Part shown: positions 36,742 to 47,448 of the stretch, piece after piece | Position numbering within the stretch: the stretch's first letter is position 1 | Layout: the number at the start of each line of letters is the position of its first letter | Origin: a virus | Length of the DNA stretch: 64,000 nt | Virus record (IMG/VR): IMGVR_UViG_3300023110_000023 | Location: 1 to 64,000 of that record | Direction: 5' to 3' (one strand) | Made by a program: the position numbers and the translations under genes | The notes under the pieces: model-generated | What the model saw: the letters and a program-made list of their open reading frames with translations, nothing else | What the model was told of the DNA's origin: nothing | The model's database searches: none

Positions 36742-38493
36742 ATGGCGGTCGTGCAAATCAACATTCCGAGCAAGGCGACCTTGCCGAATGAGTGGGAAAA
36801 AATCCGACCTCACTTCCCCCTGCCCTCGCCACGAAGGTATCAAGACGATGCCCTCTCGGTCGTGTGGTGGGCGTTGGACAACGATGACTTTGACAATGTG
36901 GTGATTGAAGCACCGACAGGAATCGGCAAGTCAGCGATTGCGATGACGGTGCAAGCACGATTTCAGTCAGCATATTTGCTGTCCCCATCGCTCGGACTGA
37001 CCGACCAATATAAACGGGACTACGGCTCGGTTCTCAAAGAGGTTCGTGGTCGTGGGAACTTTCCATGCTGGGTGCGTGAAGGCACAGCAACCAACGCGCC
37101 CTGCTATTCGGCCAAGAGCAAGCAGAAGTGCGTTCATGCGAAGGAAGCCGACCCCTGCCCGTATTATGCACAGAAGTTTGAGGCGAGGGATGCGAGGCTC
37201 ACGCTGTCCAATCCATCGTATCTGTTCCGTGTGATTCAATCGCCCGATGGGACATTTGACCAGCGGGACTTCGCCATCATTGACGAGGCTCACCAATTAG
37301 AACCGTTCTTCATGGACTTGATGGAAGTCGTCATCAACCACGCTGACTTCACCAGCGTCTTCGGGGCGCGCTATCCGTTCCCCATGCACTATCACCCAGC
37401 CGATTGGAAGGATTCGGTCAGCAAACTCTTGGAGGGCGCGATGGGAACATTGGAGAAGGCTGAATCGGACAAAGACGAGAATGTGATTGATGCGATGCGA
37501 ACCATCATTGACAAATGCGCGACCTTGCTGGAACTGTTGGAGAATCCAAACGATGTGGTTATTGAGTCCGATACGGACAAACGAGGCAAGCAACGGATGG
37601 TGGCGAAACCTGTCCGAGTGAACAAAATCGCGCCCGACCGATTGGAAGCAATATCGCGAAAGCGGATTCTGCTGTCAGCCACCATCTTGGACATTGACAC
37701 ATACCTCAAGTCGCTGGGGCTGGAGAATCACAAAACGCTGTATGTGAAAATCACGCAATCACCCTTCCCGAAGGAGAACTTCAATGTGTATGTCGCGCCC
37801 TGCGGGGAGATGTCATACAGCCGAAGGGAGAAGTCCCTGCCTCGTCAAATCAAAGCCATCTCCGCCATCATGGAACGATTCCCGAACAAGCGGGGAGTCA
37901 TCCTCCCTCACACCCACGCCATTCGCAAGACCATCGTGGAGGGTCTGCAAGCGAGAGGATTGGGCGACCGCATCATCACCCACGACAGCAACGGAATCGG
38001 GCGACAACACGCCCTTGACGAGTTCTTTTCATCCAAGCGAGATGACTTGGTGCTTATCTCCACCTATGTGGGCGAGGGCTTTGACTTCAAAGGTCGGCTG
38101 GCGGAATGGCTGGTCATCTCCAAAGTCCCGTTCCCGTTCACGCCCGACCCTCAAATCGCACAGCGAATGGAACAGGATGAACACCAATGGCGAAGGGAAC
38201 ACGAAGGCACACCAGCGTGTCCGTATATGCCTCCGAACAAATACAGCGGGAATCTGTGTTCAAACCGCTGGGGATGCAACCAGCCGTGTCAAAATTGGTT
38301 CAACCTCCAAGTCGCCCTGCGACTGATTCAAGGGGCAGGGAGAATCAACAGAACGCCCGATGATGTCGGCCACCTGTTCATCTTGGATGGGTCGTTCCAG
38401 CGATATTTCAACACGAATGCTCACCTATTCCCTGCGTGGTTTCACAACGCCAAACAGGATGCACCGTCATGGTTGAAAAGACACTTGAAATGA
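36742..38493 (+). CDS. XPD/Rad3/DinG-family SF2 helicase
   Basis: EAPTGIGKS, FeS-type Cys ...CPYY, IIDEAH, SAT, EGFDF, QGAGRINR. Confidence 0.9.
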   Translation: MAVVQINIPSKATLPNEWEKIRPHFPLPSPRRYQDDALSVVWWALDNDDFDNVVIEAPTGIGKSAIAMTVQARFQSAYLLSPSLGLTDQYKRDYGSVLKEVRGRGNFPCWVREGTATNAPCYSAKSKQKCVHAKEADPCPYYAQKFEARDARLTLSNPSYLFRVIQSPDGTFDQRDFAIIDEAHQLEPFFMDLMEVVINHADFTSVFGARYPFPMHYHPADWKDSVSKLLEGAMGTLEKAESDKDENVIDAMRTIIDKCATLLELLENPNDVVIESDTDKRGKQRMVAKPVRVNKIAPDRLEAISRKRILLSATILDIDTYLKSLGLENHKTLYVKITQSPFPKENFNVYVAPCGEMSYSRREKSLPRQIKAISAIMERFPNKRGVILPHTHAIRKTIVEGLQARGLGDRIITHDSNGIGRQHALDEFFSSKRDDLVLISTYVGEGFDFKGRLAEWLVISKVPFPFTPDPQIAQRMEQDEHQWRREHEGTPACPYMPPNKYSGNLCSNRWGCNQPCQNWFNLQVALRLIQGAGRINRTPDDVGHLFILDGSFQRYFNTNAHLFPAWFHNAKQDAPSWLKRHLK

Positions 38494-38553
38494 CATTGAT
38501 ACAGCGAAGCATTGATAAGGGGGTTTTGCATGGGAGGGTTGAGGCGAACCAAT

Positions 38554-38733
38554 ATGTTCCGAGCAGACGCAATCATGGAAGAGATTTTGACCTTGCAGAA
38601 GAAACTTGACACTTGCACCCGCAGTCAAGCACACTCCATCTGCAAGAAAATCACGAAACTTGAAGCCGAATACGACCGCTTGACCGCATCCCCATTTGAG
38701 ATGCTGTTGAAGAAACAAAAGGAGATGAACTGA
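38554..38733 (+). CDS. small coiled-coil accessory protein
   Basis: First gene after class-E boxes 38496/38512. Confidence 0.55.
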   Translation: MFRADAIMEEILTLQKKLDTCTRSQAHSICKKITKLEAEYDRLTASPFEMLLKKQKEMN

Positions 38734-39033
38734 ATGACCGCACCGATTTACATTGAATACGGCGACTGCGACGAGAACCTTGAGAGGTTTGACAGCATCG
38801 TGCAAGCAACCAAGCGAGCGAAGGATTTGAAGGCACAGGGACACGCCCGTGTTTGCATTTTCAACGAGAGCGATTCCCACTACACCGATTGGTGTGCAAC
38901 CGTTGTCATCCGTGAGGATGGTTTGGTTGAACTCAACCACTTCAACGACATGAGCAAATCGCTCTATGAATCCGACTACGCCAACCACATGGCTAAGGCC
39001 ATTGACTTTGTTATCAATCGGGGGATGAACTGA
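38734..39033 (+). CDS. hypothetical protein
   Basis: Coupled ORF flanked by near-identical 18-bp junctions. Confidence 0.65.
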   Translation: MTAPIYIEYGDCDENLERFDSIVQATKRAKDLKAQGHARVCIFNESDSHYTDWCATVVIREDGLVELNHFNDMSKSLYESDYANHMAKAIDFVINRGMN

Positions 39034-40125
39034 ATGACGAATGAAATCCTAAGACGACAGGCAATCCGCTGGAAGAAGCAAGAGGCGAAGGGCGAGATGC
39101 CCTCCGAACTGTATGACGCACTCTCCGAAGGCACAGCCTCCGCGTACGAGAAGCGAATCGTTGTGAACCTCGCCAAAATCTCACGCATCGTGTCCGACAC
39201 GGGCGCGATTCGCCCGTATTCCGAGTTCAGCAAGGATTGGAACTACGAGGGCTCGGTGTATGGACACACCGACAATTGCGAACTGTGCGGTGCATCCATC
39301 AAGGAGAACTGCAAACTCAAGAATGACGACACAGGCGACCAAATCCTCATCGGGAATGTGTGCGTGTATCGCTACATTGAGATTCGTGATTCGCTCGGTC
39401 GTGTGCTGTCGGATGAAGAAAAGAAGGAGTTCTTGAAGTCCGAGATGACCGAAGCCAAGAAGGAGTTCCTTCGGGCTGACTTCGCCACGCGATTCCCAAC
39501 GGCACTTGCTGACCTTCAACGCTGGAAGCCGTTCATGACACGCAAGTGGTCGCCACACGCATCGCTATACCGCACAGTCGTCAAGAGGCTGGCTACACAC
39601 GGCTATTTGGGTGCGAAGACCATGAAGGCGTGGGAAGACTTCTGCCTCAACGCTGAACAGGAGATGCAAGCATGGGAACGAAGGAACGAATTAGTCGCTC
39701 TCCAGCGACACGCTAACCTTGAGGCTGACATTGAACGCAAGAAGGCGTTCCTCGCTCAAATCAACGAGAAGCGAAACCAATTCAACCGTGAGGCTGACGA
39801 GTGGCGAGAATCCGTCAAGGACTTGGAACTCAACCGCTGGGAACGGGACATGGTGAGCCGTGTAGCAACCAAAATCAGCACATCGGGCAAGGATTCGTTG
39901 GTCGGTGGCTATCTCCGATTCACACAGGAGTGCAAGGCTCGCACCAACATCAACAGCGATGACCTGCCTCCTGTCGCAGTCAAACTCCAAGCCCGTCTTG
40001 ATGACGGCTCGCTCAACGAGTGGGAACAGTCCTTCGTGGCTTCTGTGATTCCTCGCATCGCTACGGGTCGCTCGCTGTCCAGCAAGCAACAGCAGGTCGT
40101 GGACAGGCTCTTGAAGAAGGTGTGA
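39034..40125 (+). CDS. Zn-finger hypothetical protein
   Basis: CELCG...IGNVC; C-terminal LNEWEQSFVAS...LSSKQ motif. Confidence 0.7.
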   Translation: MTNEILRRQAIRWKKQEAKGEMPSELYDALSEGTASAYEKRIVVNLAKISRIVSDTGAIRPYSEFSKDWNYEGSVYGHTDNCELCGASIKENCKLKNDDTGDQILIGNVCVYRYIEIRDSLGRVLSDEEKKEFLKSEMTEAKKEFLRADFATRFPTALADLQRWKPFMTRKWSPHASLYRTVVKRLATHGYLGAKTMKAWEDFCLNAEQEMQAWERRNELVALQRHANLEADIERKKAFLAQINEKRNQFNREADEWRESVKDLELNRWERDMVSRVATKISTSGKDSLVGGYLRFTQECKARTNINSDDLPPVAVKLQARLDDGSLNEWEQSFVASVIPRIATGRSLSSKQQQVVDRLLKKV

Positions 40126-40130
40126 GCATC

Positions 40131-40394
40131 ATGGAACGAGAACCCCACTATCCCAGCCATGTCGTTGCACCAGCATTGGATGGCTCAACGGGCGCGGTCA
40201 AGGAAGTCATCCAAGTCATCCAAAACCAAACCTGTCGGAAGTGCGGTGAACAGGGTCAGCACATCGTTGCCTTCGTATTGAAGCCAATAGAGTCCTATCC
40301 CAACCATGTCATCTGTCATCAAGGCTGTTCGGCTCATTGGTCAATGCGTGAAATCGGTTTCTTGGACATCGCTGGCTCATCCGAATCGGAGTGA
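40131..40394 (+). CDS. Zn-ribbon hypothetical protein
   Basis: CRKC...CHQGC. Confidence 0.55.
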   Translation: MEREPHYPSHVVAPALDGSTGAVKEVIQVIQNQTCRKCGEQGQHIVAFVLKPIESYPNHVICHQGCSAHWSMREIGFLDIAGSSESE

Positions 40395-40458
40395 AAAGTG
40401 GTCAAAACCATTGATATTCTGCAAAGCATTGATATACCCCCGCTTGCTACCATTGACC

Positions 40459-40839
40459 ATGACCCAAGCACAAAACCATGACGGACACTACCTTGACCTC
40501 ATCACCCACAAGGGACTTGACCACTTCGTTTGGAAGAACAAGGAACACAAAATTGTCGCTCACGACAAGCACATCGTTGGTCATGTGTTCCAAAGCGGAA
40601 CGGTCAAAATCCACGCTCGCTCTTGCCGAGCCGTCAAAATGGAACGCCGAGGAACTGCCCCTCGCTGTCAGCGTGAAGGGAATGTGGACTATGTGTTTCA
40701 CGGCATGACCGTTGCCGAGATTGCACACGAACACTTCCAAGACATCATCAGCGAGAACATGACCGCAGAAGAAGCAATCGGATTCATGGACAAAGAAGCC
40801 GTGTGCAATTGTGTTCGCAAGCACTACAACATGGCTTGA
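40459..40839 (+). CDS. accessory hypothetical protein (class-E cassette)
   Basis: Boxes 40411/40429; ATG at +30; HARSC...CNC. Confidence 0.65.
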   Translation: MTQAQNHDGHYLDLITHKGLDHFVWKNKEHKIVAHDKHIVGHVFQSGTVKIHARSCRAVKMERRGTAPRCQREGNVDYVFHGMTVAEIAHEHFQDIISENMTAEEAIGFMDKEAVCNCVRKHYNMA

Positions 40840-40882
40840 GCCCACACCGACTTCATAATGGTGGGGCGACTCCCCACCAGCC

Positions 40883-42913
40883 ATGAGTGAGAGCGAAGCA
40901 CCCATTGAAGTCCGACAGTCAGCGACATCGGCACAGCGATACGAGGCGACCGTCTGTGGTCGCAACATCAACATGACCTTCCTCTCCGCTGGGAAGGGTC
41001 GCATGGACTTCACGGTGGACTTTGATGACAAACCGCTGGGCAAGTTCAACCTGTTGAGCCAGCACTCCATCAGTCGCCTGTCCAAAGCGGTGGGCATTCC
41101 CGATTCGGAGAAGGATGACTTCAAGACAGCGATGCTTCAAGTCGGTATCTGCCTTCGTGATGGGAACTTCATCCCCGCGCCCGTTGCTGACAAAATTGAA
41201 CGAGAGGCGAGCGAATACGAGGGCTTGCCTTCCTCCTTCGGTGTTATTGAGTCCGATACGATGAACCTGTTCCTCCAGCAACCGAATCTGCTTGACCGAA
41301 TCAACGAGATTCTCCACCAATCGCGCCCGACCCCGTTTGTCGGTGATGATGCGAACCTGCTCTTGACCTTCCTCGTTTTCATGTCGTGCAAGACGGACAA
41401 CCCACTCAACCTTGAGATGATTGGTGCGTCTTCCAGCGGGAAGACATACATGACGCTCACAGCACGAAACGGGATGCCCAAGTCAATGGTCATGGTCTTG
41501 GCTGGTGCATCCAAAGAGGCACTCAAATACGACTACGATGAAGTCAGCGATGAGGGTCATTTCATCGTGAATGTTCACAACCGTTGCATCGTCATCTTGG
41601 AGAAGGATGAATCGTTCTCATTCATCAAGCGAATGAAACCGCTGATGTCGGGCGATGATGACGAACTCGTTTGGAAGACCCCAATCAAGAACGAACTGAC
41701 GGGCGAGATTGAAACACGGGACTTCATCATTCGTGGTCGCCCATCGTTCATCACGCTGACCACACGCAATCCCAGCGAGGCTGAACAAATCACACGGCAA
41801 TTGCTGATGACACCCGATACGACACCCGACAAAGTGGAGGCTGTGGTGTCCAATTCCCTGCTGGCGAAGGCGCGCCCCGAACTGCTTCAAATCCACCCCG
41901 ACTTGAAACTGCTTCAAGCATCCATGCTCAACCTCAAGCAACACAAAGTTCGCAACATTTTCGCACCGTTGATGGCCGAGTTCTTCCCATCTCGGAACGC
42001 ACAGCACCAGCGTGATATTCACAAAGTCCTGTCCATCATTGATGCGGTGGCTCTCATCCACCAGCAACAACGACCGATTCAAACCATCGGGGAAGACGAA
42101 TACCTGCTGGCTTCGGTGGAAGACAATGTGATTGGGCTGTTGCTGTGCGACCTCGTTCTCCGAGCCAGCCTGTCGGGTGTTCCCGATGATTCGTGGATGG
42201 TGTTCCGCCAAATGCAAGAGATGGAAGCCAGCACACGCTCGCTGTCCGAAGACAACATTCTCCAATGGTTGCACATTCACGCCTTCTCCGTGTCCAAGAA
42301 CGCCCTCCAGCAGAAGCATTTGCCCACGCTGGAGGATGCTGGCCTAATTGAAGTCAAGAGGCGTGGAGGCGGTCGTGGAGGCGGTCGCAAGACATGGGCA
42401 ATCGTCAAGACGCGTACGGGCTTGATGGAAACCCACGCACTCGCACCACTCTTCGTTGAGTCTGCTCGCAGGGCGATTCCCGATTTGATGAAGGAGTTCA
42501 GCGATGTGCTGGAAACCAGCAATCCACCACAGGCTCGTATTCGCCCCAATAAGCAAGACCCGAAACTTCTCCAGCGAATCGGCTGTCCCTCCAAAGCCCA
42601 AGCACCGATTTGGTCGGGGCTGATTCTTCCTCACTATCTCACGGAGGGGCGCGAGTCCAGCATGATTTACGACATCGTTGGCGAAACCAAGTTCCGTGAT
42701 GACCTCTTCAACACCCGATGTGGATGGCTCAACAAAGGACAGGATTCTGCAACCGCTGAACTCCAAAAGAAGCGTGAAGTTCGTGAGAAGGTCAAGGAGG
42801 CTGTGCGAACATTTTCGTTGGACAGCGAGGATGATGACGCTTGGGAATCGCTGGCTAATGCCCACCTCTCACACCTTGATGATGGCGACTCCTTTGATAA
42901 GGGTGGGGAATGA
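40883..42913 (+). CDS. AAA+ ATPase, putative replicative helicase (MCM-like)
   Basis: Walker A GASSSGKT, atypical Walker B IVILEKDE, winged-helix-like segment; first gene of replication block. Confidence 0.6.
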   Translation: MSESEAPIEVRQSATSAQRYEATVCGRNINMTFLSAGKGRMDFTVDFDDKPLGKFNLLSQHSISRLSKAVGIPDSEKDDFKTAMLQVGICLRDGNFIPAPVADKIEREASEYEGLPSSFGVIESDTMNLFLQQPNLLDRINEILHQSRPTPFVGDDANLLLTFLVFMSCKTDNPLNLEMIGASSSGKTYMTLTARNGMPKSMVMVLAGASKEALKYDYDEVSDEGHFIVNVHNRCIVILEKDESFSFIKRMKPLMSGDDDELVWKTPIKNELTGEIETRDFIIRGRPSFITLTTRNPSEAEQITRQLLMTPDTTPDKVEAVVSNSLLAKARPELLQIHPDLKLLQASMLNLKQHKVRNIFAPLMAEFFPSRNAQHQRDIHKVLSIIDAVALIHQQQRPIQTIGEDEYLLASVEDNVIGLLLCDLVLRASLSGVPDDSWMVFRQMQEMEASTRSLSEDNILQWLHIHAFSVSKNALQQKHLPTLEDAGLIEVKRRGGGRGGGRKTWAIVKTRTGLMETHALAPLFVESARRAIPDLMKEFSDVLETSNPPQARIRPNKQDPKLLQRIGCPSKAQAPIWSGLILPHYLTEGRESSMIYDIVGETKFRDDLFNTRCGWLNKGQDSATAELQKKREVREKVKEAVRTFSLDSEDDDAWESLANAHLSHLDDGDSFDKGGE

Positions 42914-42924
42914 ACGGTGATGAC

Positions 42925-44136
42925 ATGGCGAGCAATAAGACCTCCAAGACCAGCACGAAGACGAACCTCCCCCCTATCGCATCCAAGCGATTGAAGCCGT
43001 TCATTGAGCGAGGAATCGCGAACGGCATCTTCTCGGATGACTCCAGCGTGGTTGCTATGTTCAAAGCAAAAGCAACCGACCCATCGTTGAAAGAAACCCT
43101 TGATTCGCTCGGTGGCTTGAAGTCCGAGATTGGTCAAGCATTCATCACGGACATCGTTCTCACCGACCTCACCAGCATTCTCCGACAGAAGCGATACACG
43201 GCTCACATGAAAGTGTGGGACATCTCGCACAACACGGTTGGCGTTGCTTCGGGCAACCCACGCCAAGTCTGCAACATCTTCGGCCAAGTGGTCATGGAAG
43301 ACGGTGATGAAGTCATGGACTCCGCCATGTTCTCCATGTCCCTGTGGGATGCTGACGCTTCCATCGGTGATGATGTTGAGGCTGACGGTGTGTATGTCGC
43401 TTCGGTGTCATGCAAGAACCTCAACAATTCCACCCTTGACCTGCGACCGCTGGCTGGTTTGACGGCATTCAAGCCCGAAGACTACGACCACGAATCCGCC
43501 ATTGAACTGCTCAAGGACACATACGAAGTCAGCCCCATCGCTGACTTGGAAGACGACATCTCACGGGGTCGCACCGACTACCGTTTGGTTGAGGCAACCG
43601 TGTCATTCAGCGGTGTTCAAAACTCCAAGTCGGGCAACCAATTTGGGAAGATGCTCTTGAAGGATGACTCCACGATGACGCTGGAAGCGATTGAATCGGG
43701 CGAGAACCTCCTGTTGAACTGCATCTGTTCACCCGAAATCGCGACCCGCTTCGGCAAATACAGCAAAATCCTCGCTCTCATCACCACGAAGGTGCAAGGC
43801 GAGTGGGGACTGTCGGCCAACATCGCTGTCGCAATCCCTGTGATTCTCGTTGCACCACCACAGCCCGAAGTCAGTTCCAAAGACGACAAAGAGGATGATG
43901 CCTCTTCGTATTTCAAGAACGCAATCTCCCTTGACGATGACGAGGATGATGACGATGCCGAAGAAACTCCACAGGAAGCCCCTGTGAGCGAAGAAACGGC
44001 TGAACCCTCCGATGACACCTCCGATGAGGAAGAAGGCGAGGAAGACACCTCCAACGGCTCGGAATCGGCATCTGCTGACGAAGGCTGGGTTGATGGCGAC
44101 TCCGAAGGCGATGACGAGTGGGGAGATTGGGAATAA
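42925..44136 (+). CDS. putative ssDNA-binding protein (OB folds, acidic tail)
   Basis: MSLWD OB-like motif, long D/E tail ending WGDWE; context. Confidence 0.55.
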   Translation: MASNKTSKTSTKTNLPPIASKRLKPFIERGIANGIFSDDSSVVAMFKAKATDPSLKETLDSLGGLKSEIGQAFITDIVLTDLTSILRQKRYTAHMKVWDISHNTVGVASGNPRQVCNIFGQVVMEDGDEVMDSAMFSMSLWDADASIGDDVEADGVYVASVSCKNLNNSTLDLRPLAGLTAFKPEDYDHESAIELLKDTYEVSPIADLEDDISRGRTDYRLVEATVSFSGVQNSKSGNQFGKMLLKDDSTMTLEAIESGENLLLNCICSPEIATRFGKYSKILALITTKVQGEWGLSANIAVAIPVILVAPPQPEVSSKDDKEDDASSYFKNAISLDDDEDDDDAEETPQEAPVSEETAEPSDDTSDEEEGEEDTSNGSESASADEGWVDGDSEGDDEWGDWE

Positions 44137-44199
44137 GACCGACCACCCCACCATTCCAATTCCAGCCCTTTGATAAGGGTGGGACAATAGGTGATTGAC

Positions 44200-45093
44200 A
44201 TGGCGAAATCAGCAACCAAGAAGAAGGCAAACTACGCAGACCTCATCGCTTCGTGCGATACGGGTGTCAGCATGGTGAACAACCGAACCAAGCACATGAA
44301 ACTGCAAGGTTTCAGCGGTGCTGGGAAGACCCACTTTTACCTCACGATGTTCACGGACATGGCGAGTGGGCTCAAGCCCGAAGAAGCCCTTCTGTGCATC
44401 ATTGACTGCGACCTTGAAGGTCAAGCCGACCTCATCGCTCGCGATTCCATCGTTCCAGCGGAACTACGACCTCGCATTCTGCGAAAGGTCTGCTCTCGCC
44501 CCGATGATGTCAATGACATGGTGCTGGCGTTCCTTGACTTGATGATGCAACACAAAGAGGAACACCCCGATGGTGTTCGCATGGTCGTCTTGGAGAACGA
44601 GGGTGCATTTTACATGGGCTGTCGCAACCACTACGCTGAATCCGTTCACGGCATGACCGAGGCAGACTTGCTTCTGTCCCGTCAGCAACAGGCACTCCGA
44701 GAAGGCAAGAAGACCCTTCCGACCTTTGAAGAGGGGCAGATGCACTCATACAAAGTCATCAACAAACTGTTCTCCACACCATACGAGCGACTCAAGATGG
44801 GCGCGGAGATGTGTGGGGCTCACTTCATCGGCACGACCCTCATGAAGACACGAACCGAAGGCTTCGGAACAAACGATGCGAAGGAGATAACCGTGTCTGC
44901 TGGGCGACCCGACATGACCGACCCACTCTTTGATTGGATTCTTGAGTTCTCCAGCCAGCAACGAATCAAGGCTGGCGAACTGCAAGTGCGTCATCAAGTG
45001 ATGGTCAAGAAGTCCCGTTCATGCAAGCCATTCCTGTTGGACAACCCAACGCAAGAACGATTCGCACAAGCGGTTGAAAAGTCGTCTGCTTGA
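44200..45093 (+). CDS. P-loop ATPase (RecA/Sak4-like recombination protein)
   Basis: GFSGAGKT, IIDCD; adjacent to PD-(D/E)xK nuclease and SSB. Confidence 0.65.
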   Translation: MAKSATKKKANYADLIASCDTGVSMVNNRTKHMKLQGFSGAGKTHFYLTMFTDMASGLKPEEALLCIIDCDLEGQADLIARDSIVPAELRPRILRKVCSRPDDVNDMVLAFLDLMMQHKEEHPDGVRMVVLENEGAFYMGCRNHYAESVHGMTEADLLLSRQQQALREGKKTLPTFEEGQMHSYKVINKLFSTPYERLKMGAEMCGAHFIGTTLMKTRTEGFGTNDAKEITVSAGRPDMTDPLFDWILEFSSQQRIKAGELQVRHQVMVKKSRSCKPFLLDNPTQERFAQAVEKSSA

Positions 45094-45119
45094 TAAACCA
45101 ACAGCGTGGTGAGTGCAAC

Positions 45120-46307
45120 ATGAAAGCCCCGTATCTCTCGGCAACACGGCTCAAAATGGCGAAGGACTGCTCGTTCGCGTACGAGCAACACTACGACCCC
45201 AAGAGCGACACTCCGCGCACCTTGAAGAAACTCGCTAACTCACCGTCAAAAACACAGGCGGCGAGAATGGGGAATGTGGTTCACGGTGCGTTGGAGGATT
45301 GGCGTATGCCCGATGAAAACGGCAAAGTCCCAGCACCGAAGTTCGGTCGGCTGATGAAACTCTATGACGAGTGGGCATCCAAGCCACAGTTCGCATTGGA
45401 ATACGAGATGTATGAAGACGGCAAGAACCTCTTGAAGCGATGGTTTGACAGGCGAGGCAAAATGCCGATTCGTGTTGTCGCCACCGAGCAACAAATGGGT
45501 CGCCACGATGCACCGTATGTCCTTGACAACGGTGTGCCGATTTTCGGTTTCATTGACCTCATCGTTGAACACAAAGACGGCACGATTGAATTGGTGGACT
45601 ACAAATCCAATCGCGCCCCGAAGACGCAAGACGAGGCTGACAACGATGTGCAAGCAGGGATTTATCTGTCGTGGGCGAAGGAGAACTTCCCCGACAAACC
45701 CCTGCTGTTCTCGTTTGAGATGCTTCGGTTTGGCGTGGTTTCAACCGTGTGGACTGACAAAAAAATTGAGAACTTCAAGGGCTGGCTCAAGACCCAATTC
45801 AACATGATTGAATCGCTCACAGAAGGCATCCCATCCATCGGTGATTCGTGTCGCTGGTGTGCATACACCTCCATCTGCCCATCGGCTCAAGACTTGATTC
45901 ACAAAGGTGCATTTGACTTGGTGGAACATGAGTTCGGCTCGGATGACGAAGCGTTGGATGCTCTCGCCAAAGTCAAGGCTGGGCAGGGAATCCTCAATCG
46001 CGTACGCAAGTCCATTGAAGACGACTTCAAGGGGCGACTTGACCCACTCAACATCTCCGAAACGATTCAAACGCAAGGCTGGGAAGTGTCCTTCAACCAG
46101 CGTGAGCGAACCGAGTTCATTCCATCGGAAGTGCAACGGCTCGTTCCTCCAGCGGTGTTTGGACAAATGGTGTCGCTCACCAAGACAGCGGTGGACAAAG
46201 TGTTGCCGATTCTGCCCGAAGACACGGCTCAAGCCATCAAGGATTCGGCAATCAAGAAGCCATACAACGCATTCACGGTGAAGAAGGCTGACAAGTTCAA
46301 AGAGTGA
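45120..46307 (+). CDS. PD-(D/E)xK RecB/Cas4-like exonuclease
   Basis: GNVVHGALE, GFIDL, VDYKS, QAGIY, CRWCAYTSIC. Confidence 0.85.
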   Translation: MKAPYLSATRLKMAKDCSFAYEQHYDPKSDTPRTLKKLANSPSKTQAARMGNVVHGALEDWRMPDENGKVPAPKFGRLMKLYDEWASKPQFALEYEMYEDGKNLLKRWFDRRGKMPIRVVATEQQMGRHDAPYVLDNGVPIFGFIDLIVEHKDGTIELVDYKSNRAPKTQDEADNDVQAGIYLSWAKENFPDKPLLFSFEMLRFGVVSTVWTDKKIENFKGWLKTQFNMIESLTEGIPSIGDSCRWCAYTSICPSAQDLIHKGAFDLVEHEFGSDDEALDALAKVKAGQGILNRVRKSIEDDFKGRLDPLNISETIQTQGWEVSFNQRERTEFIPSEVQRLVPPAVFGQMVSLTKTAVDKVLPILPEDTAQAIKDSAIKKPYNAFTVKKADKFKE

Positions 46308-46364
46308 AACCTCCCTGCTTTGAGGGAGAGGGCTCATAAACCTTCATGACCAGCCTCCATCACA

Positions 46365-46709
46365 ATGGGCGAGCCCGAAGACGAAACAAACGATGACGAA
46401 CTCGTTCCTTCCAGCAAATACGGAACGAGGCGAAAGGGTCGTCTTGGTCGTCATGACGGTCGCAACATCAAGCGTCTGTGGAAGGCGATGATAAAGGCGG
46501 GTGCGACCTTCCCCGATGGAACTCCCCTGTCATCAACCGAAGTGTGTCATCTGCCGAATCAGCCGTTCTCCATGAACGCACTCACCAACCACTTGGCGAA
46601 CAAACCATACCTCTTCTCCGAGCAAGGCAGGGTCAAGGTGCAAACCCTTGACGGTCGCTCATCGTATCAACAATCCACTTGGCTGGCCTATCCCGATGCC
46701 TTTGATTGA
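46365..46709 (+). CDS. putative winged-helix DNA-binding protein
   Basis: Helix-helix-wing-like pattern ending YQQSTW; own promoter box. Confidence 0.45.
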   Translation: MGEPEDETNDDELVPSSKYGTRRKGRLGRHDGRNIKRLWKAMIKAGATFPDGTPLSSTEVCHLPNQPFSMNALTNHLANKPYLFSEQGRVKVQTLDGRSSYQQSTWLAYPDAFD

Positions 46710-46862
46710 TGTCAAGTTTGACAGATTTTTGGAATCTCAAACCGATTCGGATTCCCATGCTGTTGCGTATTGAGCCCGATAAGCAGGGGTGCTGAACAAC
46801 AAGTTCGCTGAAACCATTGATATTCCGACACATTGATATACACCCGTGTCGTGCGAAGGGAC

Positions 46863-47408
46863 ATGACCGCCCAAAGTCTAACCACGATGCTGACACAAAT
46901 GATGAACCGCGACCTCGTTGAAGGTGCAACCTTTTGGATTGACCACGACACGCTCTATGCAACGGCATTCCCACAGGGATGCTACAATCATGGAAGCGGA
47001 GATGGTCGTGGCTACGATGAAGCCAACCTCTTTGAGATTGAAGACATGGAAGCATTCACCGAATGGGCTGAAAGAACCATCGCAGTCTTGGAAGACGAAG
47101 TGTTCGCAGACACCGTTGCTCGCCAAGTGGAAGAAGTCTTCTTCCAATTCCTGTCCAACGAATCGGATGAGATGTTGGAAGACATGGAACGCAAGTTCGC
47201 TTGGGATGCAGAACACGCAATCCAGCGAGCATTCAACCGACCCCGTGTTGATGAGCGTCTTGCTTCCTTCGGTGTGAGCCGTGAGCAATACGAAGCCCAA
47301 TCCCAACACGAATGGGACAACCTCTTTGACGAAACCCCTTCACCCGATTGGATGGAATCAGTCCGTTGGATGAGCCACCCCAAGTGGAACGCTGAATTGG
47401 CCTGTTGA
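46863..47408 (+). CDS. acidic accessory protein (class-E cassette)
   Basis: Boxes 46817/46833; ATG at +30. Confidence 0.65.
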   Translation: MTAQSLTTMLTQMMNRDLVEGATFWIDHDTLYATAFPQGCYNHGSGDGRGYDEANLFEIEDMEAFTEWAERTIAVLEDEVFADTVARQVEEVFFQFLSNESDEMLEDMERKFAWDAEHAIQRAFNRPRVDERLASFGVSREQYEAQSQHEWDNLFDETPSPDWMESVRWMSHPKWNAELAC

Positions 47409-47448
47409 GGACAGCCCCTTGATAACGGTGGGGGGCGAAAGCCCCCCT

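Noticed and set aside
45120-46307. Cas4 as part of a CRISPR system
   Set aside because: Stand-alone PD-(D/E)xK nuclease beside SSB and ATPase, typical of viral recombination modules
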